In this document: positions 1 to 10,410 of the stretch, piece by piece | How positions within the stretch are numbered: the stretch's first letter is position 1 | How the letters are laid out: each line of letters opens with the position of its first letter | Source: Paraphysomonas bandaiensis | Lineage: Eukaryota > Protista > Chrysophyceae | Length of the DNA stretch: 64,000 nt | Assembly (NCBI GenBank): GCA_965644295.1 | Contig: CBFFRP010000017.1 | Location: 62,001-126,000 of the forward strand | Reading direction: 5' to 3' | The notes under the pieces: model-generated | What the model saw: the letters and a program-made list of their open reading frames with translations, nothing else | What the model was told of the DNA's origin: nothing | The model's database searches: none | Program-made: the position numbers and the translations under genes

Positions 1-2314
1 GCCGCAGGAATGCCTCTGGAGAGTACCTGACCGCTATAGGTACAGACTGGACAACCACTGGAAGTTGATGATGGTGGGAGAGACGCGAACGTAGGAGTGG
101 TAGAACACGGGTCTTTACCAGTACATGTATCAGGCGAAGCAGATGGAGACGTACGGTGAGATCGAGATGACGGAGATGAAATCTAAACAGATGCGTCAAA
201 CATATTGTGATAATTACCATATTATGCATTGAGTATACTAGCACACAGTCTACATCAACCATTAAACGACATTGCAAAAGCCGTGCCTGCTGTGGAGAGG
301 TCGCCCCCGTCACTCTTGCACCGGTTCCCGTACTGCTGACGCCAATTCCAGCTTGAAGCATCCGCAAAGCGTTCATCATCACCGTTCCTCCGGGAGAGGT
401 GCTTCTAGCAAGAGACGGCATCGGCGGTGGGTCTTCACTGTCTCCCGCACAGACCGACATTACGGAGGCTCCTGATACTCCACCTGTAGATGCAATAGCA
501 GACTGCATTTGCCGAGAAAGTGAACTCGAAGGTGCAACACAAGAAGAGGTTTTCAAAGAGAAAACGCCCAGTTGCACATACCGCTCCAGAGCACACACAC
601 GAGGAAGGCTGCATCCACAGTCAACACATAACTAATACCAACAAAAAAGCATTTCGTACACCAAAAATGGTCAGTATACACGGTTAACGCACCTGTACAC
701 TCTTCGAAACTCCAACCGAAATAAATCTACCATACATCTCCGCCGGTGGTTAGTATAAACCTCTTCGTACAGATGCGGTACTACAGAACCAAATGGTGAT
801 GTGTGAGAACCTTTGCTTCCCTTTTCTTGTCCTAACCCCGCCGGGCCTGCCTGCTGAACAAACGCTAGCATAGACATAAGGTGACACATAGCCTCTTTCA
901 TGTAAACGCTCTGCTCAGCAGCGTTGAGGATGCCAGCCTCTGACGAGGTTGAGAGGAAAGGGTCACCAACTAAACGATCGGTGTGGGAAATACTCATACT
1001 TCGGTCCCTATTCACCTGCATACTCTGTGAGTGGCGCCCTGTCTCGCTCCCACCAGTAGATGATACCCGGGTGGGTTGTTGACTAGTTGGTGGACTCATG
1101 TGGGTATAGTGAAAAAATGCAAGTGGATTAGCTGAAAATGAGAAAGGAAAAGAAAAGGACGGACTATGTGTCCCGGAAGAAGAAGCAGTGGACGCAGGGG
1201 TACTCGCAGCAGTGCTTCCTGAAGACCCAACTGCACGAGAACGACTAGGCGTGGCGACATGTGGAGCCCGCGATCCCCCAGCTCCTCGAGAGTTGGACGA
1301 TGAATTAGGCGGGACAGAGCCGAGAGATATAGATCGAGGGCGGCTACGGGTGCTTCCAGGTGCACTGTCTCCAGAAGCAGTGGGTGTTGGGACCTCGTTT
1401 CCACCATCATGTGAAGTAGACCGAGATACTGATGCTGCCGCAGATGATGCAGTTGTTGAATCAGTTGGTTTCTCCACGACTAAAGGTGCAAGGTTCTCCT
1501 AGAGTTGACAGTGCAGAAATAAACATTGGCTTTGCCCATCCTCGAAAAACTTACCTGGGCAAACTGCAATGCCTCAATAGTCCTTCCACTGTACACCAGC
1601 ACTAGAAACTGACGAATATATAAAATACATGTGGTTTAGATGTGACACGTGTAATACCTGCTCCTGACGCACGTAGAATTCCAAGGCCGAGTCAATCCGT
1701 CGTAACTTGGAGGCGTGATCGAGGCACCATTGTAGCGGTATCTCCATGTCTCCTTGTAGAATTGCGGTTTCGACCGCACTTGCAGATTTATAGATCTCTA
1801 AGTCGAGATGGTGCCGAATCCAATCTCCATTTTCGTTTATCAGTGCTTCCGCAGCATCAAATAACCTTTTTGCAACCATTATTGGTATCAAACGAGAACA
1901 AGAACAATATACCCTCTGCGTATCAGGAGGTCTCCAATCATCACAAGCACCCGCCTTTGAAATGTAAATAGCTCCTGAAAATATATCTCAGTATATGCTT
2001 GCATGCGTATGAAACAACATTACATCTCCCGTGTCCCCACTCAGAGACCTCGCCTCCAGTCTGGCCTCAATGCAATCCAGCTGTGCCCTCTCGCTTACGT
2101 CAGAGGCTTCCACCACCTCAAGCAGACGCTCAACCCTAGCGCGGACATCACTAAGTTGGCTATATACATCCCCGCTGTCTCCCTCCCCCCCTATATCCCT
2201 GTCGCGGAGGGATGAGAGGGTCTCAAGCACACAGCTCACTTCTCGAGACACATGCTTCTGAGTGCGCCGGAACTGGTGACTCAGGACCTCAAGAGGAACC
2301 TTCAGGTTGCTCAT
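1..2314 (-). CDS. MAEA: CTLH/GID E3 ligase subunit MAEA (Gid9/Fyv10) homolog, multi-exon; 3' end runs off the window
   Basis: N-terminus MSNLKVPLEVLSHQFRRTQKHVSRE matches the MAEA start. LisH/CTLH segment: PLQWCLDHASKLRRIDSALEFYVRQEQ|FLVLVYSGRTIEALQFAQ across GT-AG introns. CRA-like segment DLFRLEFRRVY, then VQLGVFSLKTSSC near 570-590. Confidence 0.85.
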
Positions 2315-2516
2315 GGTCTAATTCAACAGATATTATTGAGATGAAATATAATTATGAGGATTATCTTACTCCTCCCTATCTACAGTAGTGCTATGTGCGT
2401 ATATGTATGTGTATTGTGTATCAGATGTCAGAAGTGTGCAGGAATGTGAAAAAAAAAGAAAAAGACTAAGAATGCGCGAGTATCCGGGTATCATACACAG
2501 TATCTACAGACACATG

Positions 2517-3257
2517 CATACATACATACATACATACATACATACATACATACATACATACATACATACATACATACATACATACATACATACATACATA
2601 CAAACATACATACAAACATACATACATACATACATACATACATACATACATACATACATACATACATACATACATACATACATACATACATACATACATA
2701 CATACATACATACATACATACATACATACATACATACATACATACATACATACATACATACATACTGTACATACATACATACATACATACATACATACAT
2801 ACATACATACATACATACATACATACATACATACATACATACATACATACATACATACATACATACATACATACATACATACATACATACATACATACAT
2901 ACATACATACATACATACATACATACATACATACATACATACATACATACATACATACATACATACAAACATAATTCATACATACATACATACATACATA
3001 CAGACATGCATACATACATACATACATGCATACATACATACATACATACATACATACATACATACATACATACATACATACATACATACATACATACATA
3101 CATACATACATACATACATACATACATACATAATTCATACATACATACATACATACATACATACATACATACATACATACATACATACATACATACATAC
3201 ATACATACATACATACATACATACATACATACATACATACATACATACATACATACA

Positions 3258-3285
<28 letters not shown>
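2517..3285. repeat. (CATA)n microsatellite, ~770 bp, with a few interruptions
   Basis: Seen directly; the HTYI/MYVC ORFs over it are artefacts. Confidence 0.98.
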
Positions 3286-3289
<4 letters not shown>

Positions 3290-3600
3290 CAGTACGTATT
3301 CTCCCGTATACTGTACCGCTGCTGTAGGTGGTCTATATACAGTGCAGCAGGACGGACGTACAAGAATGACACCATCAGCCAATTCTCAATGCAGAAGCAG
3401 AAGCAGATTGTTCTGCAGTCTTCAGGATCAGGGAGTTGTTGTGAAAGATTTCTGCTCGACCTGCTGGCGTGCATCGGAATAAGTCTTAATGCTACTCTGC
3501 GCTTATTTAATATAGTACAACAGCGTATATTATCCTGTAGTGTATGTGTATTATGTAATCGAACCGCTCTTCTGAACGACGACCTCGTTGAATATACTGT

Positions 3601-4850
3601 ATGATATTTGCAGATACTGTTATGTACTTTTATGCTGTTCTACTCCTGGTAAACTGTGTGTCGGGACTAGTAATTAACTCGCCGTGCTGCACTATCCACC
3701 CACATATTCAGGGGTTCGATGTTGCTGCCAAGAAGGATACCGGAACTGTCGATAGAGGCGTACTGGTGATGGCGAAACCAATCAATGCCTGTACGCCGAT
3801 TGAGAATGCTGCCGAGTTACTTGGAAAGGTAGCATTAGTGGAACGTGGGAACTGTACATTTATCTCAAAAATATTCCACGCCCAGGTACCACCTCAATAA
3901 CATGAGAAATACAACAATACTTAGAGTGCGATTTATATTTAGGACACTGGCGCTTTGGGGGTTATTGTTTACAACAATTTAGACACAGATCGGTGGCGGG
4001 TCTCAATGCAGGCCTCTCCACACGACTCGCCTGATGTAGTGATCCCCTCGGTATTCATTTCTCATCATGTCGGCCAAGAGCTTATTCATGAACTACGTAT
4101 TGCTACTAATAATGATGGGGACCACGTTATTGTTAGCATTAATGAGACGGGGAGTGTAACAGCTGGACATAGAGGTGCGGACGGCATCCGCTCAATGTCC
4201 TTATTCTCCGTCTTCGCCTTTTATTTGCTGGTGATTGTGCTCTCCACTGGAGGAATAGTGATGGTGTGGTCGAGCAGAGATGAAAAGGTAGCAGTTCATA
4301 GCAATTGTACTGTTATTGGAAGTGATTGTGATGTGGCGTATATTTAGATGTGGCGCACATCAGCCGTAGATTCTCTCAAAACCAGACCAGCCCCGTCTGC
4401 ACAACTGAAGGACAGAGGGTACGATGCCTCTTGCTCTATTTGCCTTGAAGAATTCGACGTTACCAAACAAAATGAGGGAGAAAGTGACAATCGCGCCGAT
4501 GTGGTCGAACTGCCTTGCCGTCACATTTTTCACAGGCACGTAATGTCAGAAATTAATGTCGGCAGACTATTCACCCATTACGCACTTGCATGCCTTTATC
4601 ATAGCTAATATTTTCTCTGTCCAGGTCTTGTATAGTTCCTTGGCTTCTTGAAAAATCTCTCTGCTGTCCCATGTGCAAGCAGGAGGCCATTACTCGAAGT
4701 CAATCGTCTTTGCATACACTTGTCATTAATGCACGCAACTCCTGTCTTGAGGTACTGTCTCGACAAGGGCTACTGATGTTTCTTCTTGGAGTGAGTGTAT
4801 CCTTTACAGTAATGCTTGCCATTCAGAACATTATCCACTCCATTCACTAG
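3601..4850 (+). CDS. PA-TM-RING-H2 E3 ubiquitin ligase (RNF13/RMR-like), 4 exons
   Basis: Signal peptide; PA domain (KVALVERGNCTFISKIFHAQ..GVIVYNN); TM helix; RING-H2 CSICLEEF...LPCRHIFHR|SCIVPWLLEKSLCCPMCKQ; stop TAG at 4848-4850. Confidence 0.9.
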
Positions 4851-5210
4851 TTAAATGAAAACTAACCCTAATCGAATAGTTTCTACACAGCCGATCTGCG
4901 CAGTATCTACACTACAGTATAATCATTGTTTGTATTGTTGTTAGCATTCATATTGCTGTGACTGCGGTATTTTATTTTTTGTAGTTTTCATGGGATCGTT
5001 AATAATAGTATTATCTTTGACTGGAGTGAGTGGTGAGTTGATATTGCCGTAGGTTTTCTTACTTTTTATATGTGATAAGGAGCGTAGAAATATATATCAA
5101 GAAGCGTTCAATTTGCGTTGTAAAGAGTGGACAACTTTGTATTATTCACACATCAACGATACACACACATCATGACAACAAGCAAAAGAAGTGAGGAGAA
5201 TATATATTAA

Positions 5211-5400
5211 GTATTGGGCTGCCTGCTGAAGTCAAGCATCAGTGAATTGGCCCACGTCAAGAGCATCCGGGGTATTGGGATTCTTACTGAAGTCAAGCAT
5301 CCGGGCTGTCCACCTTAAGGACTAAGGACAGAGAGCGAAAGCGGTTGCACCTTGGTTCTTGCCTTGACGCACAAGCAGCTTGCTTGCGTAGTGCCAAATA
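5211..5400 (+). mobile_element. Degenerate, rearranged fragment of the SINE-like element, opposite orientation to the other copies
   Basis: gtattgggctgcc..tgaagtcaagcatc and ggttgcaccttggttcttgccttgacgcacaagcagctt are reverse complements of blocks in the 39257 and 52570 copies. Confidence 0.8.
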
Positions 5401-5810
5401 CTTGGATATCAGAGTTAAGCGCAAGTTAGTTCAATTGTTTTGATACATTAGTTTTGACTCTTACACGGTTATAGCTAATGATCAGACATTCACTACTATA
5501 TTACATTCTGAGCCCTGCTTACTGAGGGTGCTAATATGAAGTATGAAGCAACAGCGCGATGGAAGATAAAAGGAAAGGGATAAATCCCATTTATCACTCC
5601 TTTTGTCGTCGTGATGTGTGTTTGTGTGTACGATACATTCGAATGAACTTCGAAAAGTTTACCTTTTATTATATTAGAAATTAAATAGGCAGCAATATAT
5701 TAGAAGTACTATATAACACGGTAACCCATATGCGAATCGCTACATTGAGCTACTACAAAGATAGTCAAAAACTCTTCTCTCAGCGATAGCATGCCTGGAA
5801 TTGACATCTA

Positions 5811-7109
5811 CTAAAGATAGCTGGTGATAGCTTGAAATACACCTAAACTCTCCACCTCCACTACCTTCAACAAGACACTATCGTTACAACCGGACTTCGG
5901 CGTAGCTCTATTTGCTTTCACCAGTTCTCTGAATACGATTAGTTGCACCCTCTGGCTCACACCCCGTCTGGCTTGGACTGAAGCGGTAATCTTGGCTAGA
6001 TCATACACTTCCAGCTTGCCGAACGGCCAGCAGAAAAGGAGTGACTCATCTCGCGAAACCGCAATACACCCGTCCGATATAGTTCCGCCAACAGCACTCA
6101 CAGTGATAGTGGTCTGTCCAGGAATGCGCCAGTCGCAGACTTGTAAGGACATATCCTGGTTTACACGCAGTAGCAACAGAGAGCTATCTGGGCCCAAAAA
6201 ACGGATAGGGGTCAGAGGGTAAACCTCGCTGCTCGGGAGTGGAGATATGACTTCACCAGCCACGGCACCAGTCTGCACGTCCCATACGCTACTGCGTCCA
6301 AAGTGTGAAACTGCAACAAATTTTCCGCACGGTGAGGCCACTGCTTTCGACACCCACCTCTCGCAGGGTATGGACCGTAGGATTCCACCTGTGGGAACAT
6401 CTATCCATTCTATGCGTTTGGACAGCTCCATTGTCGCAACAATGAGTTCGGGACCACAAGAACAATACTGTACAGCACCCTGCTTCGTCTTTTCCCAGAC
6501 TTTGACCTCTTCCTCATCTTCGTCACCATCGTCTTCTGATTCGGGTCGGAATCCTAGATCCCACATCCGCAATACACTTTTCTTGGCTCGGCCTTTCTGC
6601 ATATCTAGTACACGCAGCTCTACCATAGCGTTATTAAGGTTGCCTGGGAGAAATCTTAGGTCGCCCCAGAACCCAGTCTTCTGTCCGCCATCCACATTTA
6701 CCAATAGATCGCCTGATGCGAGCTCGTACACAGTGACACTATCTTCTTTTAAAATTCCAATACACAGCAGCGCATCATCACAGCTGACAGAAAAGTAGCC
6801 ACTGTTGTCCGTCACTTGGAAGGATCTCACCAGCAGAAGATTGTCACGAGAAGCCTCATAAACAGAAACGGAAGAGTGCTTCTGGAAGTTCCCCCTCCCC
6901 GGCTCATTCAACAGCAGAAACTGATCGCTGTGGTTCAGACAAAGGCCGCCCATGTGGTGCAGGTCAGTCACCAGATGATGAAGCTCACAATCATGGCCGC
7001 TTATATCGTATCTGGCTGTCTCTAACTTCTCCCCTCCCTTGAGACCACTGGACTCTCTGTCGTACCCCTCCTCCCACCATGATGTTGGGGCGATAACTTT
7101 AGCGGACAT
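5811..7109 (-). CDS. Intronless WD40-like beta-propeller protein, 432 aa
   Basis: Long ORF with blade-like segments (VSKAVASPCGKFVAVSHFGRSSVWDVQTG, LRMWDL, LEVYDL). Confidence 0.7.
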   Translation of the reverse strand: MSAKVIAPTSWWEEGYDRESSGLKGGEKLETARYDISGHDCELHHLVTDLHHMGGLCLNHSDQFLLLNEPGRGNFQKHSSVSVYEASRDNLLLVRSFQVTDNSGYFSVSCDDALLCIGILKEDSVTVYELASGDLLVNVDGGQKTGFWGDLRFLPGNLNNAMVELRVLDMQKGRAKKSVLRMWDLGFRPESEDDGDEDEEEVKVWEKTKQGAVQYCSCGPELIVATMELSKRIEWIDVPTGGILRSIPCERWVSKAVASPCGKFVAVSHFGRSSVWDVQTGAVAGEVISPLPSSEVYPLTPIRFLGPDSSLLLLRVNQDMSLQVCDWRIPGQTTITVSAVGGTISDGCIAVSRDESLLFCWPFGKLEVYDLAKITASVQARRGVSQRVQLIVFRELVKANRATPKSGCNDSVLLKVVEVESLGVFQAITSYL

Positions 7110-7787
7110 GTATACGGAGCAAACGAATTAGAGCAAAGATATTCTATGCGATCCACTGCATATGATGTATGCCTATGCTTATGCCTATGCAGTCCAGATA
7201 TATTATGGTGTGTGGAGCACATTCAGTGGAAGAAATCAATCACATGCATCACACTTCTCATATGCGTACAGTACACCACAGTACGAGTACACGAGGATCA
7301 ACACACCCTTCCTTCTCTCCACAGTGCATGTGTATACCTCGTATATGGAGGACGTATATAGAACACCCCGTACAGCACCACCAGTACACAGGTACAGGTA
7401 CTCTGTATTCGTTTGGGTGTAGGCGAGTACACATATACGGTATGGTATTGTAGACAGCAGTGTGACGTGGGTACATATATATGTATACTGTTCTGTACCA
7501 CTATATAAACGACGCGACCTGCATGATATACGCACATACTGTATCGACAACTGGAACTCAATCACAGAAAGGAGTAACCAAAGCAACACATTATCATAAG
7601 TAGACTGGACAGAGGGACTCAGCCATATTAGATGAGTTACCTCCCCACTGAGGTGTAGCGAGTAAGGCGAGTGCCTTTCAATCATAGTCTGCTCTGCATC
7701 ATCTCCTTTGCGCTCAACTAACAGGAGATTAGATATACTGCAGACGAGAAGGATTGTAGAGCGTTGTTCAGTGTTAGTTTGATCGAG

Positions 7788-8957
7788 ATGGATGTTCATC
7801 GACCAAAGTATGGCTTATCACACTACTCAACACAGTATAAACAAGGAAGAACACCCAACTTAGACTCATCGATAGACAGCTCGGAGAGATCGGACGCAAG
7901 TAGCTTACAGACAAGTGTGCATAAATTCATCAAGCATCCACGTGATGAAGAGTCTGCTTGGCCTGTTCCTAACTCTCCAGATGATTTTAAACGAGTCAGT
8001 GATCGGAATTATGATGATGACAGTGATAGTAGTGAGAACCCACTTTTATCTTGTTTGTGCAGTGGAGTAGAGTTGTTAGGTAGCATATTGTGTCAGATTT
8101 ATAGTGAAAATGATAAGCACAAAGAGGTTCAGTTAAGACGGTTGGTTTTTAATGTAGCCGCTTATTTACGTGTGTGTTACTTTTGTATCAGAGCTCCTAG
8201 TAATCTTGGTGCGAAACTTAAATCGGTCTCAAGACTGCTGAACACTCAGATGTCCAATGAACTTTACAGCATGATTCCAGAGACTGCGAGGGTATCCATG
8301 CCACGATTAGTGTTTGCGACGTACAAGTAGTGTCCTTTTTGTGTCAAACTAGTCCGATGTAATCTCCTGTTGCAGGGATGGGTGGTCAATGGAAAACCTT
8401 TTGGCTAAAACCAGAGATCTCGACCCTGTAATTATCTTGATACGAGCACTCAAAACCAAGTGCGGCGATTAACATTGCTATAACTATTACCGATCTAATA
8501 CGTATTAATTGCAGGGTCATTATTGGAGCATTTAGTACAGCTAAACTGTCGCCCCCATCTACTCGTGTGCGGGGAAATGGAGAGTGTTTCGTATTTCGGC
8601 TTTCACAACCATCTGTGGCATATCGATGGACCTACATACCCTCTGTAAATAAAAAGTGTCAGAACCAGTTCGTAGTGAGTTCACGGGAGTATATTGCATT
8701 CGGGGCCTCAGCGGAGCACGGAACCAACGCTCTCCGGCTGGACGGTGACTTGCGGGTACGCACATTATTCTTTTTTGCCTCATATGGTCACGTAAGTACA
8801 GACTTGCGACTCTGGATTCTCAGACACATTTCAAAGCGATCCGTTGGCACCAGAGGAAGCAGCGGAGGGTGGGTTGCTGGGACCTTTCGAAGTCGAAGAC
8901 ATAGAAATTCTCCACGTTGCTGACAATCGAAGGCGACAGAGACGATATAATTCATAG
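7788..8957 (+). CDS. TLDc-domain protein (OXR1/NCOA7-like), multi-exon
   Basis: Spliced product LVFATYK|DGWSMENL...IIGAFST...GNGECFVFRL...YIAFG...ALRLDGDLR|TCDSGFSDTF..PL...FEVEDIEI matches the TLDc consensus. Confidence 0.88.
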
Positions 8958-9372
8958 GGTAGAGTTGCAAAATACTGTGAAATATTTTGGAGTGTGTTTT
9001 ATTTGCTAAAATGGAAAACAGTATACATTGCCATAGTTATTTCAATGTTCATCTTGTTGTTTTCGAAACTCTGTATATGCTCTGTAAGTGTATGCGCACT
9101 TGCAGCGTATTCATCAATACAATGTGTTCGTCAATCGCAGTGATAGAAAAGATCGGAAGTGTGCGACCATACATATAGATTAATGTGTTAGCAATATGTT
9201 CACAGATCCTTTAGATATCTCTTTTGAAAAGTAGTTATAAAACTATTATCACGCGCTTCTGAACAAATTTTAAAGCACCTCTTTATCAGCAAATAAGATT
9301 TATAGCTAGTCTTAGCGCTTAATGAAAGATATACTTCGTATTAATTAGTATTTAGAAGGTATAGATTAGTAG

Positions 9373-9782
9373 TGAAAGTCTTATTATTCGCAATAGGCGT
9401 TTGAGTCAGTGCTTAACTCTGATATCCTACTATTCAACGCTACGAAAGCTGCTTGTGCATATTACCAACAAGGTGCAACAACTTTCGCTCAATCACTCAA
9501 AGCAAATGTAGTGAGGAAGCAGAATGTTGATATACCTGACACCTGCTGACATCAGGATTTTTGAGTCCTTGGGGTGAAGAGCCCGGATGCCTGTTTATTC
9601 GTCAAGGCCCAAAGACGTCTACACAAGCATTTGGCTATAAGCTAGAAGTGGGCACAACAGTATCTCCTGACTATATTATATGAAGCCCACGTTAGTTTCC
9701 TGGAAAAATATCTCCGGTTTTTATCCCCCAGAACACCATGAAAAGGTGCAAATCCGACTTTGTTGAGGAAGTTGAGATAGAG
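9373..9782 (-). mobile_element. Diverged, partly deleted SINE-like copy (repeated at 10695-11104 and 12017-12426)
   Basis: tgaaagtcttattatt...ccgactttgttgaggaagttgagatagag matches the ends of the copies at 19349, 39257 and 52570. Confidence 0.85.
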
Positions 9783-10049
9783 CTAACTGCTTCTCATATT
9801 TTATTTTCATCCACTGCAATTGTGTTGTCACTACTACAACCAATGTTTTACGATGTTAGATAGACAAGCCCATACACAGATACACAGTCGATACGTTTTG
9901 CTGTGTCAATCTAATTTATATTTTATATTATTTCATCCCTTATCATGATGTATGTGTTCTGTTCGGTGGACCACTTCTGCCTTAACACCAAGTACCCTGT
10001 TGAATCGGAGCTTCATCCACTACTAGAAACAATTCCTACACTTGGAAGC

Positions 10050-10410
10050 ATTCGTCTCCACAAGGAATCAAGTATGGGAGGAAAATCATAGAGAAGAAGC
10101 GCAAGAGCACGGAGGAGCTGAATCATATTGAAAAGCCTCGAAAGAAAGAGAGAGTATCTACAAAGACGAAGTGCACTAATTGCTCTAAGAAAGGTATAAC
10201 ACACAATTATAATACAGAACAATGTAGGTAGAAAAAGGGGGAAACGAAGGGACAAAGACCGGGCAGTAAGGAATATACAGGATGCAGAGTATGCAAATCC
10301 AAAAACCATCGCGCGAACGAATGTCCCCTAAATTCGACTGGAAAGACCAAGAAACCCCAGAAATCTGGGAAGGTTTTCACGTTCGAGAATATCCGCAGAG
10401 GAGGAACCGA
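10050..10410 (+). mobile_element. Ty1/copia gag relic with CCHC zinc knuckle (also in copies 2 and 3; copy 3 continues to ~13090)
   Basis: Frame reads KKRKSTEELNHIEKPRKKER..CTNCSKKG..QCR*KKG...CRVCKSKNHRANEC (C-x2-C-x4-H-x4-C at 10283-10324) with an in-frame stop; homologous to 22280-22400. Confidence 0.8.

Noticed and set aside
2388-3482. Long HTYI/MYVC-repeat ORFs here and at 27.1-28.1 kb and 32.2-32.8 kb
   Set aside because: They are translations of a stop-free tetranucleotide microsatellite in all frames.
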